The notes beneath the pieces were generated by a model, which worked only from the letters and a program-made list of their open reading frames with translations, was not told the origin of the DNA and searched no databases. Positions 7,124-14,914 of a DNA stretch of 30,837 bases are shown piece after piece; the first letter of the stretch is position 1; each line of letters begins with the position of its first letter. This DNA comes from a virus. Taxonomy: Duplodnaviria > Caudoviricetes. The translations under genes were made by a program, and so were the position numbers. The stretch is taken from positions 1 to 30,837 of the IMG/VR virus record IMGVR_UViG_3300011335_000724. The stretch is one strand, 5' to 3'.

Positions 7124-8140
7124 GGCTTAAAAGGATCAGGGGGTCAATGTACATCGTTTCGCTTGCCAAGCCTAACGGTTCCTTGCACAACAACCCCCAC
7201 TTATCCAATAGCCCCACCACGGAACCGTCCACACTCTAAACCACACCAACACCAACACCAAGACCTAAACACTTACTTCCTTAAGTACGTGCCAATTCCT
7301 ACCCTGTCATAACTGCGCTTGGTGGGGGGGTGTAGGATCTAAGGCTTAGTGCTCCTTAAGCAAAAGGCACCAAGCTACTAAGTCGCTATTCCAACCAGGT
7401 TTAGCCAAGGCATCCGACCCCCAAGGGGGGTACCCCCGCCAGGGGGTTGGATCTAACCCACAACAACCCATCGCTAAAAACCACAGCTAAAACCACCTAA
7501 ACCACTGCTATTACTAGCGGCCCGCCGAGCAGGGGCGAGGCGGAATAACCCCCCCCCACCGTCCCTCTCCTTGATAACCTTTCTTAACAATTAAGAAAAA
7601 ACAGTAAGAACGAACAAGCCAACCCAGGCCAACCCACGCAGCTTGGGCAGCCCAGGTAGCCCGGTACAGCTTGCTTTTTGTTCCCTAAATCTCTGGGGCT
7701 TATACGTAGGGGCTCGGCGGCCTTCACCCCCCTGGGGCCTGGCGCCGTAGGCGTGAATCGCAGGGGGGTAGGGGGGCAGCCGGTCCAATCCTGGCCAACC
7801 TTGGGCCAAACAGCCAAGCCAACCCAGGCCCACACAGGATTCTGGGGCCCTTGCGTACCTGTGTCTTAGGCAGTTACGCAAGGCTTGGACAGGCCTGGAC
7901 AGGCCCCAGGTGGACGCATGACTGCGCGTGTCTGGGGTGCCGCAGCAGGGTTGAGTAAGGTTTTGTTTGGGTGTGGCCGCCCTAGGCAAAATGGCCTGGG
8001 GTTGAGCCTGTGGTGTGGGGCTGTATAAGGCACAGGTGGGCGCCGTAGGCGGGCTAGCTGGGGTGGGTTGGGGTGGTAGCTAGGGGGGGCTCTGGTGAGC
8101 GCCGTAGGCGGGGCCCAGAGGCGTGGGTGTGGATGCATAG
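7124..8140. other. Non-coding, repeat- and hairpin-rich region; probable genome terminus / terminal-repeat junction
   Basis: No credible ORF; many palindromes and short direct repeats; C/A-rich left half switching to a G/T-rich right half; lies between packaging genes and early genes. Confidence 0.6.
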
Positions 8141-8141
8141 C

Positions 8142-8175
8142 AAAACCCCTAGCGGCTGTGAAAGCTGCTAGGGGT
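8142..8175 (-). terminator. Rho-independent terminator ending the leftward early operon
   Basis: Minus strand ACCCCTAGCAGCT-TTCAC-AGCCGCTAGGGGT (one mismatch) followed by TTT, just after the last leftward ORF. Confidence 0.75.
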
Positions 8176-8207
8176 GGTGGTGTTGTGTGGTGGTGGTGTT
8201 GTTGTTG

Positions 8208-8354
8208 TTAGTCGGGAAGGGGTGTTGGTAGGGGAGTGGTGCGGGGTGTTGCTATGTAGGTAGAGCTTGGGTTGGGCAGGTTGGCTAGGTGTTGTAAGGC
8301 AGCAAGCCAGAGCAGTGCTGTTGCTGTGATCAGGGCCAGGAGGTAGCGGTTCAT
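8208..8354 (-). CDS. 48-aa single-pass membrane/secreted peptide MNRYLLALITATALLWLAALQHLANLPNPSS...PLPD
   Basis: ATG overlaps the ardC stop (ATGA); signal-anchor-like N-terminus; terminator follows. Confidence 0.55.
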   Translation of the reverse strand: MNRYLLALITATALLWLAALQHLANLPNPSSTYIATPRTTPLPTPLPD

Positions 8355-9340
8355 AACAACACCTCGGCAGCTGGTGTGGCTGTGGTGTTGGTGTTGGTGA
8401 TCAAGTCTGCTGCTGCTCTGGCCTTGCCAAGGACCTTAAACAGGGAACCGGGCTCAGCTTGCAGGATGGCTGCCCACTGCTTGAGATAGGCCGCATGATT
8501 AATAAGGCAACAGCCAACCTGTAGCCGGTAACAGATCAAGACAGAGGCCAGCTCTGCCACTAGTTCTTCGATGGCGTAAGGCTTGGACCCTTGGCTGCCG
8601 TGTTGTGGCCTGTTGAGCCTTGCCTTGTGGCCAGTGCTATGGGCCTGTTCATGGGCCCAGGTAGCAACAAACGATTCTCGATCGTTAAAGCTCTCAAGTG
8701 GTGGCATCCTGATCGCGTCCAGCTGTGGCGAATAGCAAGCAACAGCACCGCCATAGGTGGTGGGAACTAGCCAAGCCTCGAGCACTTGCTCTGCTGCTTC
8801 CAACCTCTCGGCTTGTGGCTTGGTGGTGTTGTGGCCTAAAGCGCTGCTGATCGCAGCCTGTAAGGCCAGCTCTGCTGCTTCGTCAACACCTTTGAAGTCT
8901 GCTGCATTGAAGACGGCAACAGCTTTGTAAGAGGTCCAGGCCCTAGTCACGTCAACTTCGTTACCTGTTGCGGGGTCCTGTTCTGTTTCGGTGTAGCTGT
9001 TGGCTTGCGGTCTAAGGATGCGGCAACAGGTTGACCCTTTCTTGGGCCACCAGTTAAGAGCCTTGGCTTGGGCTGCACCTAACCAAAGGGGCAGGGTATG
9101 GCCTTGAATCATGGACCCAAGCTCAAGTAGCAAAGGGTTGCTGCCTGAGTACTCGGCACCTGTGATCAAGTTGCGGTGATTGCCAGAGGTGGCGGTCCAC
9201 TCCTTACGCCAAGGCGGGAGATCTGCTGATTCCATCAACGCCACTAGATCAGCGGCAAGCTTCTCCTCTGGTGATGGCCCGTCGTATTTGGCCTTGGCCT
9301 TGGTGCTGGTTGTTTTGGTCTTGGTGGTGGTGGTAGGCAT
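8351..9340 (-). CDS. ardC: ArdC-family ssDNA-binding antirestriction protein (DUF1738 N-domain plus zincin-like C-domain)
   Basis: PPWRKEW, NLITGAEYSGSNPLLL, W....QA......KKGS, VFNA, ACYSP..D.I.MP....F, HEQAHSTGH..RLNR, YA.EELVAE; likely start ATG 9340 (MPTTTTK). Confidence 0.9.
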   Translation of the reverse strand: MPTTTTKTKTTSTKAKAKYDGPSPEEKLAADLVALMESADLPPWRKEWTATSGNHRNLITGAEYSGSNPLLLELGSMIQGHTLPLWLGAAQAKALNWWPKKGSTCCRILRPQANSYTETEQDPATGNEVDVTRAWTSYKAVAVFNAADFKGVDEAAELALQAAISSALGHNTTKPQAERLEAAEQVLEAWLVPTTYGGAVACYSPQLDAIRMPPLESFNDRESFVATWAHEQAHSTGHKARLNRPQHGSQGSKPYAIEELVAELASVLICYRLQVGCCLINHAAYLKQWAAILQAEPGSLFKVLGKARAAADLITNTNTTATPAAEVLL

Positions 9341-9374
9341 GGGTTCAAGTGGTGGGGTGGGGTGGGGTGGGGCG

Positions 9375-9566
9375 TTACTGCACCGAAGAATCAAACCATT
9401 CGCAATCAGCAGGGGGGGCCTCTGCTTCAATTGTGAAGATGGGGGCTTCTGGCCAATCAGCAATCACGTGATTAATCCAAGCGATAGCTTGCGCCTTGGT
9501 TCTCACAATGTGAGCTAGATCACGCTGGCCGCAATCGTTGGCAACGATGTAGAGAGGGGTGATCAC
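9375..9566 (-). CDS. Hypothetical early protein, 63 aa
   Basis: GTG start overlapping the upstream TGA; co-oriented with ardC. Confidence 0.6.
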   Translation of the reverse strand: MITPLYIVANDCGQRDLAHIVRTKAQAIAWINHVIADWPEAPIFTIEAEAPPADCEWFDSSVQ

Positions 9567-9901
9567 AGGCCCATCCCCGCATCGCTACCGGTGAACTCAG
9601 TGCAGGCAGCCAACCATGGGCCGTCGTACAACTTGCCTTCGCATAGATCTAATTCGTGTTCGTAGTCAATCACCTGCTCTTCTGTGTCTGCCATTAGGTC
9701 GGCAAAGGTTGCCCAGCCGTCACCTTCGATATCGCCGCAGCCGTCTACTAGGTACCAAAGGAAGGCACCCTCTCGCCTGTCGTATTGGCTGGCCACGGTG
9801 TAGCCAGTGGCATCTTCTAGGCGGCTGCTGTAGGCACGGGCTGGGGCTGGCAAATCTTGGCCTTGCTTAAATCTGGCGTCCCTGGAAATGGTTGAAGTCA
9901 T
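9563..9901 (-). CDS. Acidic hypothetical early protein, 112 aa
   Basis: First ORF of the leftward operon; C/A-rich leader; 22 Asp/Glu versus 8 Lys/Arg. Confidence 0.7.
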   Translation of the reverse strand: MTSTISRDARFKQGQDLPAPARAYSSRLEDATGYTVASQYDRREGAFLWYLVDGCGDIEGDGWATFADLMADTEEQVIDYEHELDLCEGKLYDGPWLAACTEFTGSDAGMGL

Positions 9902-9968
9902 GGGGTCCTGTGGTGGTGGTGGGTTGTAGGCCTAGCGGTGAAGGGTCACCCCGCTGGCTTCCTAACAA

Positions 9969-9996
9969 ACAATACATCCGGCGAAGGGTGAAGCAA
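9969..9996 (-). promoter_or_regulatory. Putative host sigma70 promoter for the leftward early operon
   Basis: Minus strand TTGCTT, 16 nt, TATTGT about 70 nt upstream of the 9901 start. Confidence 0.35.
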
Positions 9997-10063
9997 CCAT
10001 CCGCCGGCAAGCTTGGGTGTTTCTTAACAATTGGCCCCGCCCTTGCAAATGGGAACCATTCTC

Positions 10064-10224
10064 GCCTGCACCTGGGCCTGCACCTGGGCCTGCCGAGGCA
10101 ACGCGCACGCGCACACGCTTGCCTGCGCCCGCGCCCGCGCCCGCCCGCGCCCGCGCCTGCGCGGGACGCGCGCGTATGAATGTGTAGATTTCGAATGTGT
10201 AGATTTCGAACTTTTCCTGCACCT
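10064..10224. repeat. Tandem repeat cluster: (GCCTGCACCTGG)x2.5, CGCGCC/alternating CG runs, (GAATGTGTAGATTTC)x2
   Basis: 12-mer at 10064-10093, GC-only run at about 10125-10157, 15-mer at 10178-10207, CCTGCACCT again at 10216-10224. Confidence 0.9.
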
Positions 10225-10227
10225 TTG

Positions 10228-10257
10228 TAGACATGCGGCAGGGGGGTGTGCCATGCT
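10228..10257 (+). promoter_or_regulatory. Putative host sigma70 promoter for the rightward early genes
   Basis: TAGACA (10228-33), 18 nt, CATGCT (10252-57) with an extended -10 TGn. Confidence 0.3.
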
Positions 10258-10377
10258 TCCGAAGCAGAGCAATCTGCCCTACCACAACCAAAACATTCAC
10301 GAAAATGCGAAACCAAAAAAGATTTCAGTCAACCCAATATTTACGCAACTAACCAAAACCTGATTCCTATTAATGCA

Positions 10378-10545
10378 ATGAAACCAAGTACCTATGAACT
10401 AATGGATTGCTACAGAACGTGGTGGCAGACAAGCTACGGCAACCCACCAAATAGCCAAGCAACAATCATTGCTGCCGCTTTTGCCGAACATGTGCTGGAG
10501 TTATTTGCCAAACAAACTGATGAGGAACCTAATGGAAATTCCTAG
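10378..10545 (+). CDS. 55-aa hypothetical protein (MKPSTYELMDCYRTWWQTSYGNPPN...)
   Basis: 3' part of track ORF 10246..10545; WWxxSYxxxPxxQ...AAAFA motif resembles small cyanophage proteins. Confidence 0.65.
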   Translation: MKPSTYELMDCYRTWWQTSYGNPPNSQATIIAAAFAEHVLELFAKQTDEEPNGNS

Positions 10546-10759
10546 TGTTGCTATTTGCACTGTTGCAATAGCGATAAACGAATGGGGCGAATGGGTGGCT
10601 GTTGGTTCTAACAACCAACCTAAATATGAAATTGTTGAAGACGCTCATTCAATACTTAATGCTTCCGCCAGCTTTATATCTGATAACGTCCAGACCCATT
10701 GGGTGGAAGTCGAACTGCCTTTCCCAACCGTCGCAAAAGGAGTTGTACTAAGTGAATGA
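10532..10759 (+). CDS. Hypothetical protein, 75 aa
   Basis: ATG 10532 after GAGG; tightly packed with neighbours. Confidence 0.6.
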   Translation: MEIPSVAICTVAIAINEWGEWVAVGSNNQPKYEIVEDAHSILNASASFISDNVQTHWVEVELPFPTVAKGVVLSE

Positions 10760-11042
10760 CAGCCAAGCCATGGCAACGCTAAGGAATGAAATGCTTAATA
10801 AGTTAGCTGCTTGCTATCCGTCGCCCTTAGCAGTTAAAGATCTTGAGACCAAATGCCGTATGCCTTTTCTTACTAAAGACAAGGTTTGGTATTCTGATGC
10901 TGTAACTGAGCAACTCAGGATCTTAAAAAATGCCAGTTTAATTCGCCCTTTTCATTCAGGTTACGTTTTAACTGAAAGAGGCCGGCAGGATCGCAACGAA
11001 GCTGCTCGCTTTATTGACCCAAGACCACCCGAGGCAGCATGA
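10752..11042 (+). CDS. Hypothetical protein, possible winged-helix DNA-binding fold
   Basis: C-terminal EQLRILKNASLI....GYVLTERGR pattern is typical of a wHTH wing. Confidence 0.6.
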   Translation: MNDSQAMATLRNEMLNKLAACYPSPLAVKDLETKCRMPFLTKDKVWYSDAVTEQLRILKNASLIRPFHSGYVLTERGRQDRNEAARFIDPRPPEAA

Positions 11043-11203
11043 CAGGCGAAGATCAATTGATAGAAGACAAGCGGCAATTACTTATTTCCGCTTACACAGA
11101 TTGCGTTGACGCTGCAATGCAAGCAGAGCATAAAGCATCATTGGCATGGGCTAAATTGCAAAGCTACAACAAACTCTATCCTCACAAAACAAAAAACTCC
11201 TAA
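11039..11203 (+). CDS. 54-aa hypothetical protein (MTGEDQLIEDKRQLLISAY...)
   Basis: ATGA overlap upstream and TAATG overlap downstream; not in the ORF track. Confidence 0.65.
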   Translation: MTGEDQLIEDKRQLLISAYTDCVDAAMQAEHKASLAWAKLQSYNKLYPHKTKNS

Positions 11204-11526
11204 TGACTTTCTCACTGCCTGAAGATCTGCACCCTATTGAATTTGCGCCAACTAAAAACCAAGCCAATAGCAATGGCGAAGTGATGTTTTATGCAGAAGG
11301 GTACGGATGGTACTCAGGCCACTTCTCAAGGCCGCACATGCCAAGCACAACGCATTGGACTTTGTTGCCTGATCGCCCGCCAACTACTTTATCAAATGAC
11401 GCAAGATGCGAAGCAAGCTATCAGGCTTGGGCGGCTGGCCGCGATCTTACGCCTTTAGGCAAAGAATATTTATTGCCTGCGTACAAAGCAGGTTGGTCTG
11501 ACAGGGTTACAAATGCTAACCGTTGA
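11203..11526 (+). CDS. Hypothetical protein with a DUF551-like motif
   Basis: P......GEVMFY...GW...TTHWTLLPDRP. Confidence 0.6.
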   Translation: MTFSLPEDLHPIEFAPTKNQANSNGEVMFYAEGYGWYSGHFSRPHMPSTTHWTLLPDRPPTTLSNDARCEASYQAWAAGRDLTPLGKEYLLPAYKAGWSDRVTNANR

Positions 11527-13903
11527 CGACCAATTACAACTTGAGCGTGAGATGTACCAATTAGGTGCTGATCGCCATAAGTTTATGTACGCCAAACGGC
11601 AAGAACAAAAGATGGAATCGCTTGGCCATTACGGCCAGGCGATAACTGAAATTGGGATTGAGCCGTTGGCCGAGAAGATTAAAGACGCAGCAGCAAAGAT
11701 AAAAGCAGGCAAAGCCGGTCCTAATTTTAACTCCTTGCAACCATTGCTGCAGCTAGACCCGTTAAAGATCGCAGCTGTTGCAATGCGTACTTGCGTGGAT
11801 CAATTAAGCAGCACCGTATCTTTCAACGTACTCGCTAATGATCTGGCCGACAAGTTATGGATTGAAACCATGCTTGATAAGGCTACAGAAACGGAGATGG
11901 AATATTTCCTAACCATACGCGGCAGACGCAAAAGAAAAAAGGAAGACATATTAAGGATGAAAAATACTGTTGAATGGACAGGCAGAGAGCGAGTTACAAC
12001 TGGCAGCTGGCTTGTGCTAAGGGTAATTGAATGCACAGGAATAATACGCATTGAGTTAGAGCGGACGCAAAACAAAACTATTAATATGATACGGCCTACT
12101 GATGTAATCGTAAGTTATATCAAGGACGCAATTGCTGCTGGTCAATTGCTATGCCCATTCAGCTTGCCTATGATCATACCGCCGCGGCCATGGAATAAAG
12201 ATTTAGAAGGCGGTTACTACAGCTACGTGATTAATTCGCAACTCACAAAGGATTACATCTCAGAAATATCTGATCAGGTAACAGGCGATGAACCGTTCAT
12301 TAAAGCAGCCAACCAACAACAATCAGTGGCATGGCAAATAAACAGCTGGCAATTAGAGCACTTGCAATTTGCTTGGGACAAAGGGTTAGAGATTGGTAAG
12401 TTAATACCAAGAGAAGGCTGGCCAATACCTGCTTACCCTAAGCATTTAGAAGAGACTGACCCTGTTGTACGGCAATGGAGATGGGAAGCTAGGCATATAC
12501 ATGAACGTAACGAAAAGACAATTGTTAAACGGGTAGTGATAGCAAAGATGATATGGGTAGCTAACCGCTTTGTGGGTTACAAAAGGATTTACTTCCCTAT
12601 GCAATTAGATTTTAGAGGTCGATACTATTACCGCCCCCCATTCCTCAACCCACAAGGTAACGACATAGGCCGGAGCCTATTGCAATTCGCTGACGGTAAA
12701 CCTATAAGCAATGAGTCTGAACTTAACTGGCTGCGTGTGCATGGGGCTAACGTCTTTGGACACGGCAAACTTAACCTGCAGCAACGCATTGATTGGGTTG
12801 TGCAAAATGAACAGCAAATAAATTCCTGCGGCCAAAACCCTTGGGTTAATCTTGAGTTCTGGTCTAAAGCAAAAGATCCCTGGCAGTTCCTAGCTTTCTG
12901 CCATGCTTACCAAGAATTCTTAGAGCATGGCTACGGCTATGTATGCCAACTGCCTGTAGTACTTGATTGCACCTGCTCTGGCATTCAACACTACTCTGCC
13001 CTGCTTAGGTCGGAAAATATGGGCAGGTTAGTAAACTTAGTTAATGCTGAACAGCCTGCTGATATTTATACAACAATTTTGCATAAAGTTCTTGAGCGTT
13101 TACGTGAAGACGCAGAGGCAGGTAACGAGCACGCAATAAGCTGGCTGCAATTAAACGTTGACCGAACGTTACTTAAGCCTGTTGTAATGACAGTGCCATA
13201 TTCAGCCGGTAGATCAAGCCACATAATCCAAGTGCAGCAGTGGGCAATTGAACGCACAACTGATTTGTATGGCAGTACAAACAGCTGGCGCTTCAGAAAA
13301 GGTGCGATGAAAGCTATCCATTACTTAACGACAATACTTGTGCGTGAAACTTACAAGGTGGTAGGCCCGGCAATAGCGGCAATGCAATGGTTTAAATCTG
13401 TTGGCCGGTTAGCTGGCAAGTCTGGAACGTTGCTGAAATGGGTAAGCCCATCGGGGTTGCCTGTCTTTCACAAATACACAGACAACGAAAGTGAACGCAT
13501 CCAGCTTAAATATTTGACTGATGTACGCATAAGGGTTCACGCATACATAGGGAAATCATCGTGGAGAGTATTGCGTATGGGCACAGCGTTAAGCCCTAAC
13601 GTTATCCATTCGTTAGACGCTAGTCACATGGCGTTTACTACCATTGACGCATTCGCTAATGGTGTAACAAACCTTGGCGGTATCCATGATTGTTTTGCTA
13701 CCACTCCTGCCGAAATGACAGCGTTGCGCAATAGCGTGCGCAATTCATTTAGTGATTTATATAGCAGCAACATTTACGAAAACATAACTGAGCAACTTGT
13801 CAGCCAGATACCACCTGAAGTGGCGGACAAAGTTCCGCTACGCCCGTCATTAGGCACACTTGACATTAACTCTGTACGCAACTCCAGCTACTTCATCACA
13901 TGA
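11513..13903 (+). CDS. gp1: T7-like single-subunit DNA-directed RNA polymerase
   Basis: PMIIPPRPW, LDFRGRYY, LNPQG.D..RSLL.F, motif A LDCTCSGIQHYSALLR, motif B RTLLKPVVMTVPY, PNVIHSLDASH, motif C IHDCFAT. Confidence 0.97.
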   Translation: MLTVDDQLQLEREMYQLGADRHKFMYAKRQEQKMESLGHYGQAITEIGIEPLAEKIKDAAAKIKAGKAGPNFNSLQPLLQLDPLKIAAVAMRTCVDQLSSTVSFNVLANDLADKLWIETMLDKATETEMEYFLTIRGRRKRKKEDILRMKNTVEWTGRERVTTGSWLVLRVIECTGIIRIELERTQNKTINMIRPTDVIVSYIKDAIAAGQLLCPFSLPMIIPPRPWNKDLEGGYYSYVINSQLTKDYISEISDQVTGDEPFIKAANQQQSVAWQINSWQLEHLQFAWDKGLEIGKLIPREGWPIPAYPKHLEETDPVVRQWRWEARHIHERNEKTIVKRVVIAKMIWVANRFVGYKRIYFPMQLDFRGRYYYRPPFLNPQGNDIGRSLLQFADGKPISNESELNWLRVHGANVFGHGKLNLQQRIDWVVQNEQQINSCGQNPWVNLEFWSKAKDPWQFLAFCHAYQEFLEHGYGYVCQLPVVLDCTCSGIQHYSALLRSENMGRLVNLVNAEQPADIYTTILHKVLERLREDAEAGNEHAISWLQLNVDRTLLKPVVMTVPYSAGRSSHIIQVQQWAIERTTDLYGSTNSWRFRKGAMKAIHYLTTILVRETYKVVGPAIAAMQWFKSVGRLAGKSGTLLKWVSPSGLPVFHKYTDNESERIQLKYLTDVRIRVHAYIGKSSWRVLRMGTALSPNVIHSLDASHMAFTTIDAFANGVTNLGGIHDCFATTPAEMTALRNSVRNSFSDLYSSNIYENITEQLVSQIPPEVADKVPLRPSLGTLDINSVRNSSYFIT

Positions 13904-14544
13904 ACCAATTCAACTTTATTAATTCGGCTAAATTTACCACGCCTTTGCTTACGTTCCAGTACCCAAAGCTGCTGGAACCTGACACAAAGTTTAGCCCTGA
14001 CGGCAGGTACGAATGCCAAGGTTATTGTTCAGTTGATCAAGGAGCAACGCTCGCTGATCAGCTAGATAAATTCCTTGAAGAGCATAAAGCTTCATTAAAA
14101 GCGCAGTCACCTACAACAAAATTCAAGTTGACTGATTTGCCTTGGGGTTACAACGAAACAAATGGCAAGCCAACGTTCTTTGTAAAAACAAAATGCAAAG
14201 CTAGCGGCATTGATCGCGAAGGCAAAACGTGGTCACGCAAACCGGTCTTATTTGATGCTCAAGGAAACATTGTCCAGGATCGAGACACACTAGCTGGCAT
14301 GTGGTCAGGTACTACTGGCCGCATATCTTTCCAGGCCAGCCCGTTTTATACCGCTGCAATTGGCGCAGGCGTAACGCTGCGTTTGTTGGCAGTGCAAATC
14401 ATTGAACTAAAATCTCAAGGCGGTAGTGGAACTGATCATGGATTCTCAGCCGAAGAAGGATGGACGCCAAGCTCAAGCAAAAAAGCTGAGACAATCCCGT
14501 TTAACGGAGAAGCTAGCGTCGAGTTCGACCCGATGGACTTCTAA
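13900..14544 (+). CDS. ssb: Single-stranded DNA-binding protein (T7 gp2.5-like)
   Basis: FTTP....YPKL..PDTKF..G.Y, P.LFDA.G, GVTLRL.AVQIIEL, acidic tail ending in Phe (EFDPMDF). Confidence 0.93.
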   Translation: MNQFNFINSAKFTTPLLTFQYPKLLEPDTKFSPDGRYECQGYCSVDQGATLADQLDKFLEEHKASLKAQSPTTKFKLTDLPWGYNETNGKPTFFVKTKCKASGIDREGKTWSRKPVLFDAQGNIVQDRDTLAGMWSGTTGRISFQASPFYTAAIGAGVTLRLLAVQIIELKSQGGSGTDHGFSAEEGWTPSSSKKAETIPFNGEASVEFDPMDF

Positions 14545-14914
14545 ATTCCGGAGCAAATTTGAAGCAGTAATCGCGGCCTCTCTACTTAAGAGAGGCATGT
14601 CGTACACCTACGAAACAACTGGATTGCCGTATCAATTGCAGAATGTGTACACCCCTGATTTCTTTTTAGCTAACGGGGTAATCGTAGAGACTAAAGGTTT
14701 GTTTAGCCCAGAAGATAGGCGCAAAATGATTGCGGTTAAACAGCAGCATCCTGATTTAGATATACGGATTTGTTTCATGGATGCCCGCAAGAAATTATCA
14801 AAAGCTCCCGCTTCAATTAGCTACGGCCAATGGGCTGATCGCCATGGTTTCATTTGGAGTAGCGGTCGAATACCCATCGAATGGTTAGCTGATGAGCAAG
14901 TGCATCCGACATGA
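14438..14914 (+). CDS. gp3: Endonuclease I / Holliday junction resolvase (T7 gp3-like); start uncertain
   Basis: FRSKFE, YE...L.Y....YTPDFFLANGVIVETKGLF...DRRKM..VK.QHPDLDIR, YGQWA..HGF. Confidence 0.93.
   Translation: MDSQPKKDGRQAQAKKLRQSRLTEKLASSSTRWTSKFRSKFEAVIAASLLKRGMSYTYETTGLPYQLQNVYTPDFFLANGVIVETKGLFSPEDRRKMIAVKQQHPDLDIRICFMDARKKLSKAPASISYGQWADRHGFIWSSGRIPIEWLADEQVHPT

Noticed and set aside
7079-8138. Track ORFs in the presumed terminal region
   Set aside because: Low-complexity Pro/Gly-rich translations overlapping in several frames, with no coupling to neighbouring genes
9341-9463. N-terminal extension of ardC given by the ORF track
   Set aside because: Overlaps the 9375-9566 gene; ATG at 9340 follows a C/A-rich leader like other starts in this genome
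10178-10210. GAATGTGTAGATTTC repeats resemble the 3' end of Cas12a-type CRISPR repeats (GTGTAGAT)
   Set aside because: Two directly abutting copies with no spacers and no cas genes; this is a simple tandem repeat
9867-10363. Several overlapping Arg/Ala/Pro-rich ORFs on both strands
   Set aside because: By-product of GC-only repeats that lack stop codons; no protein-like features
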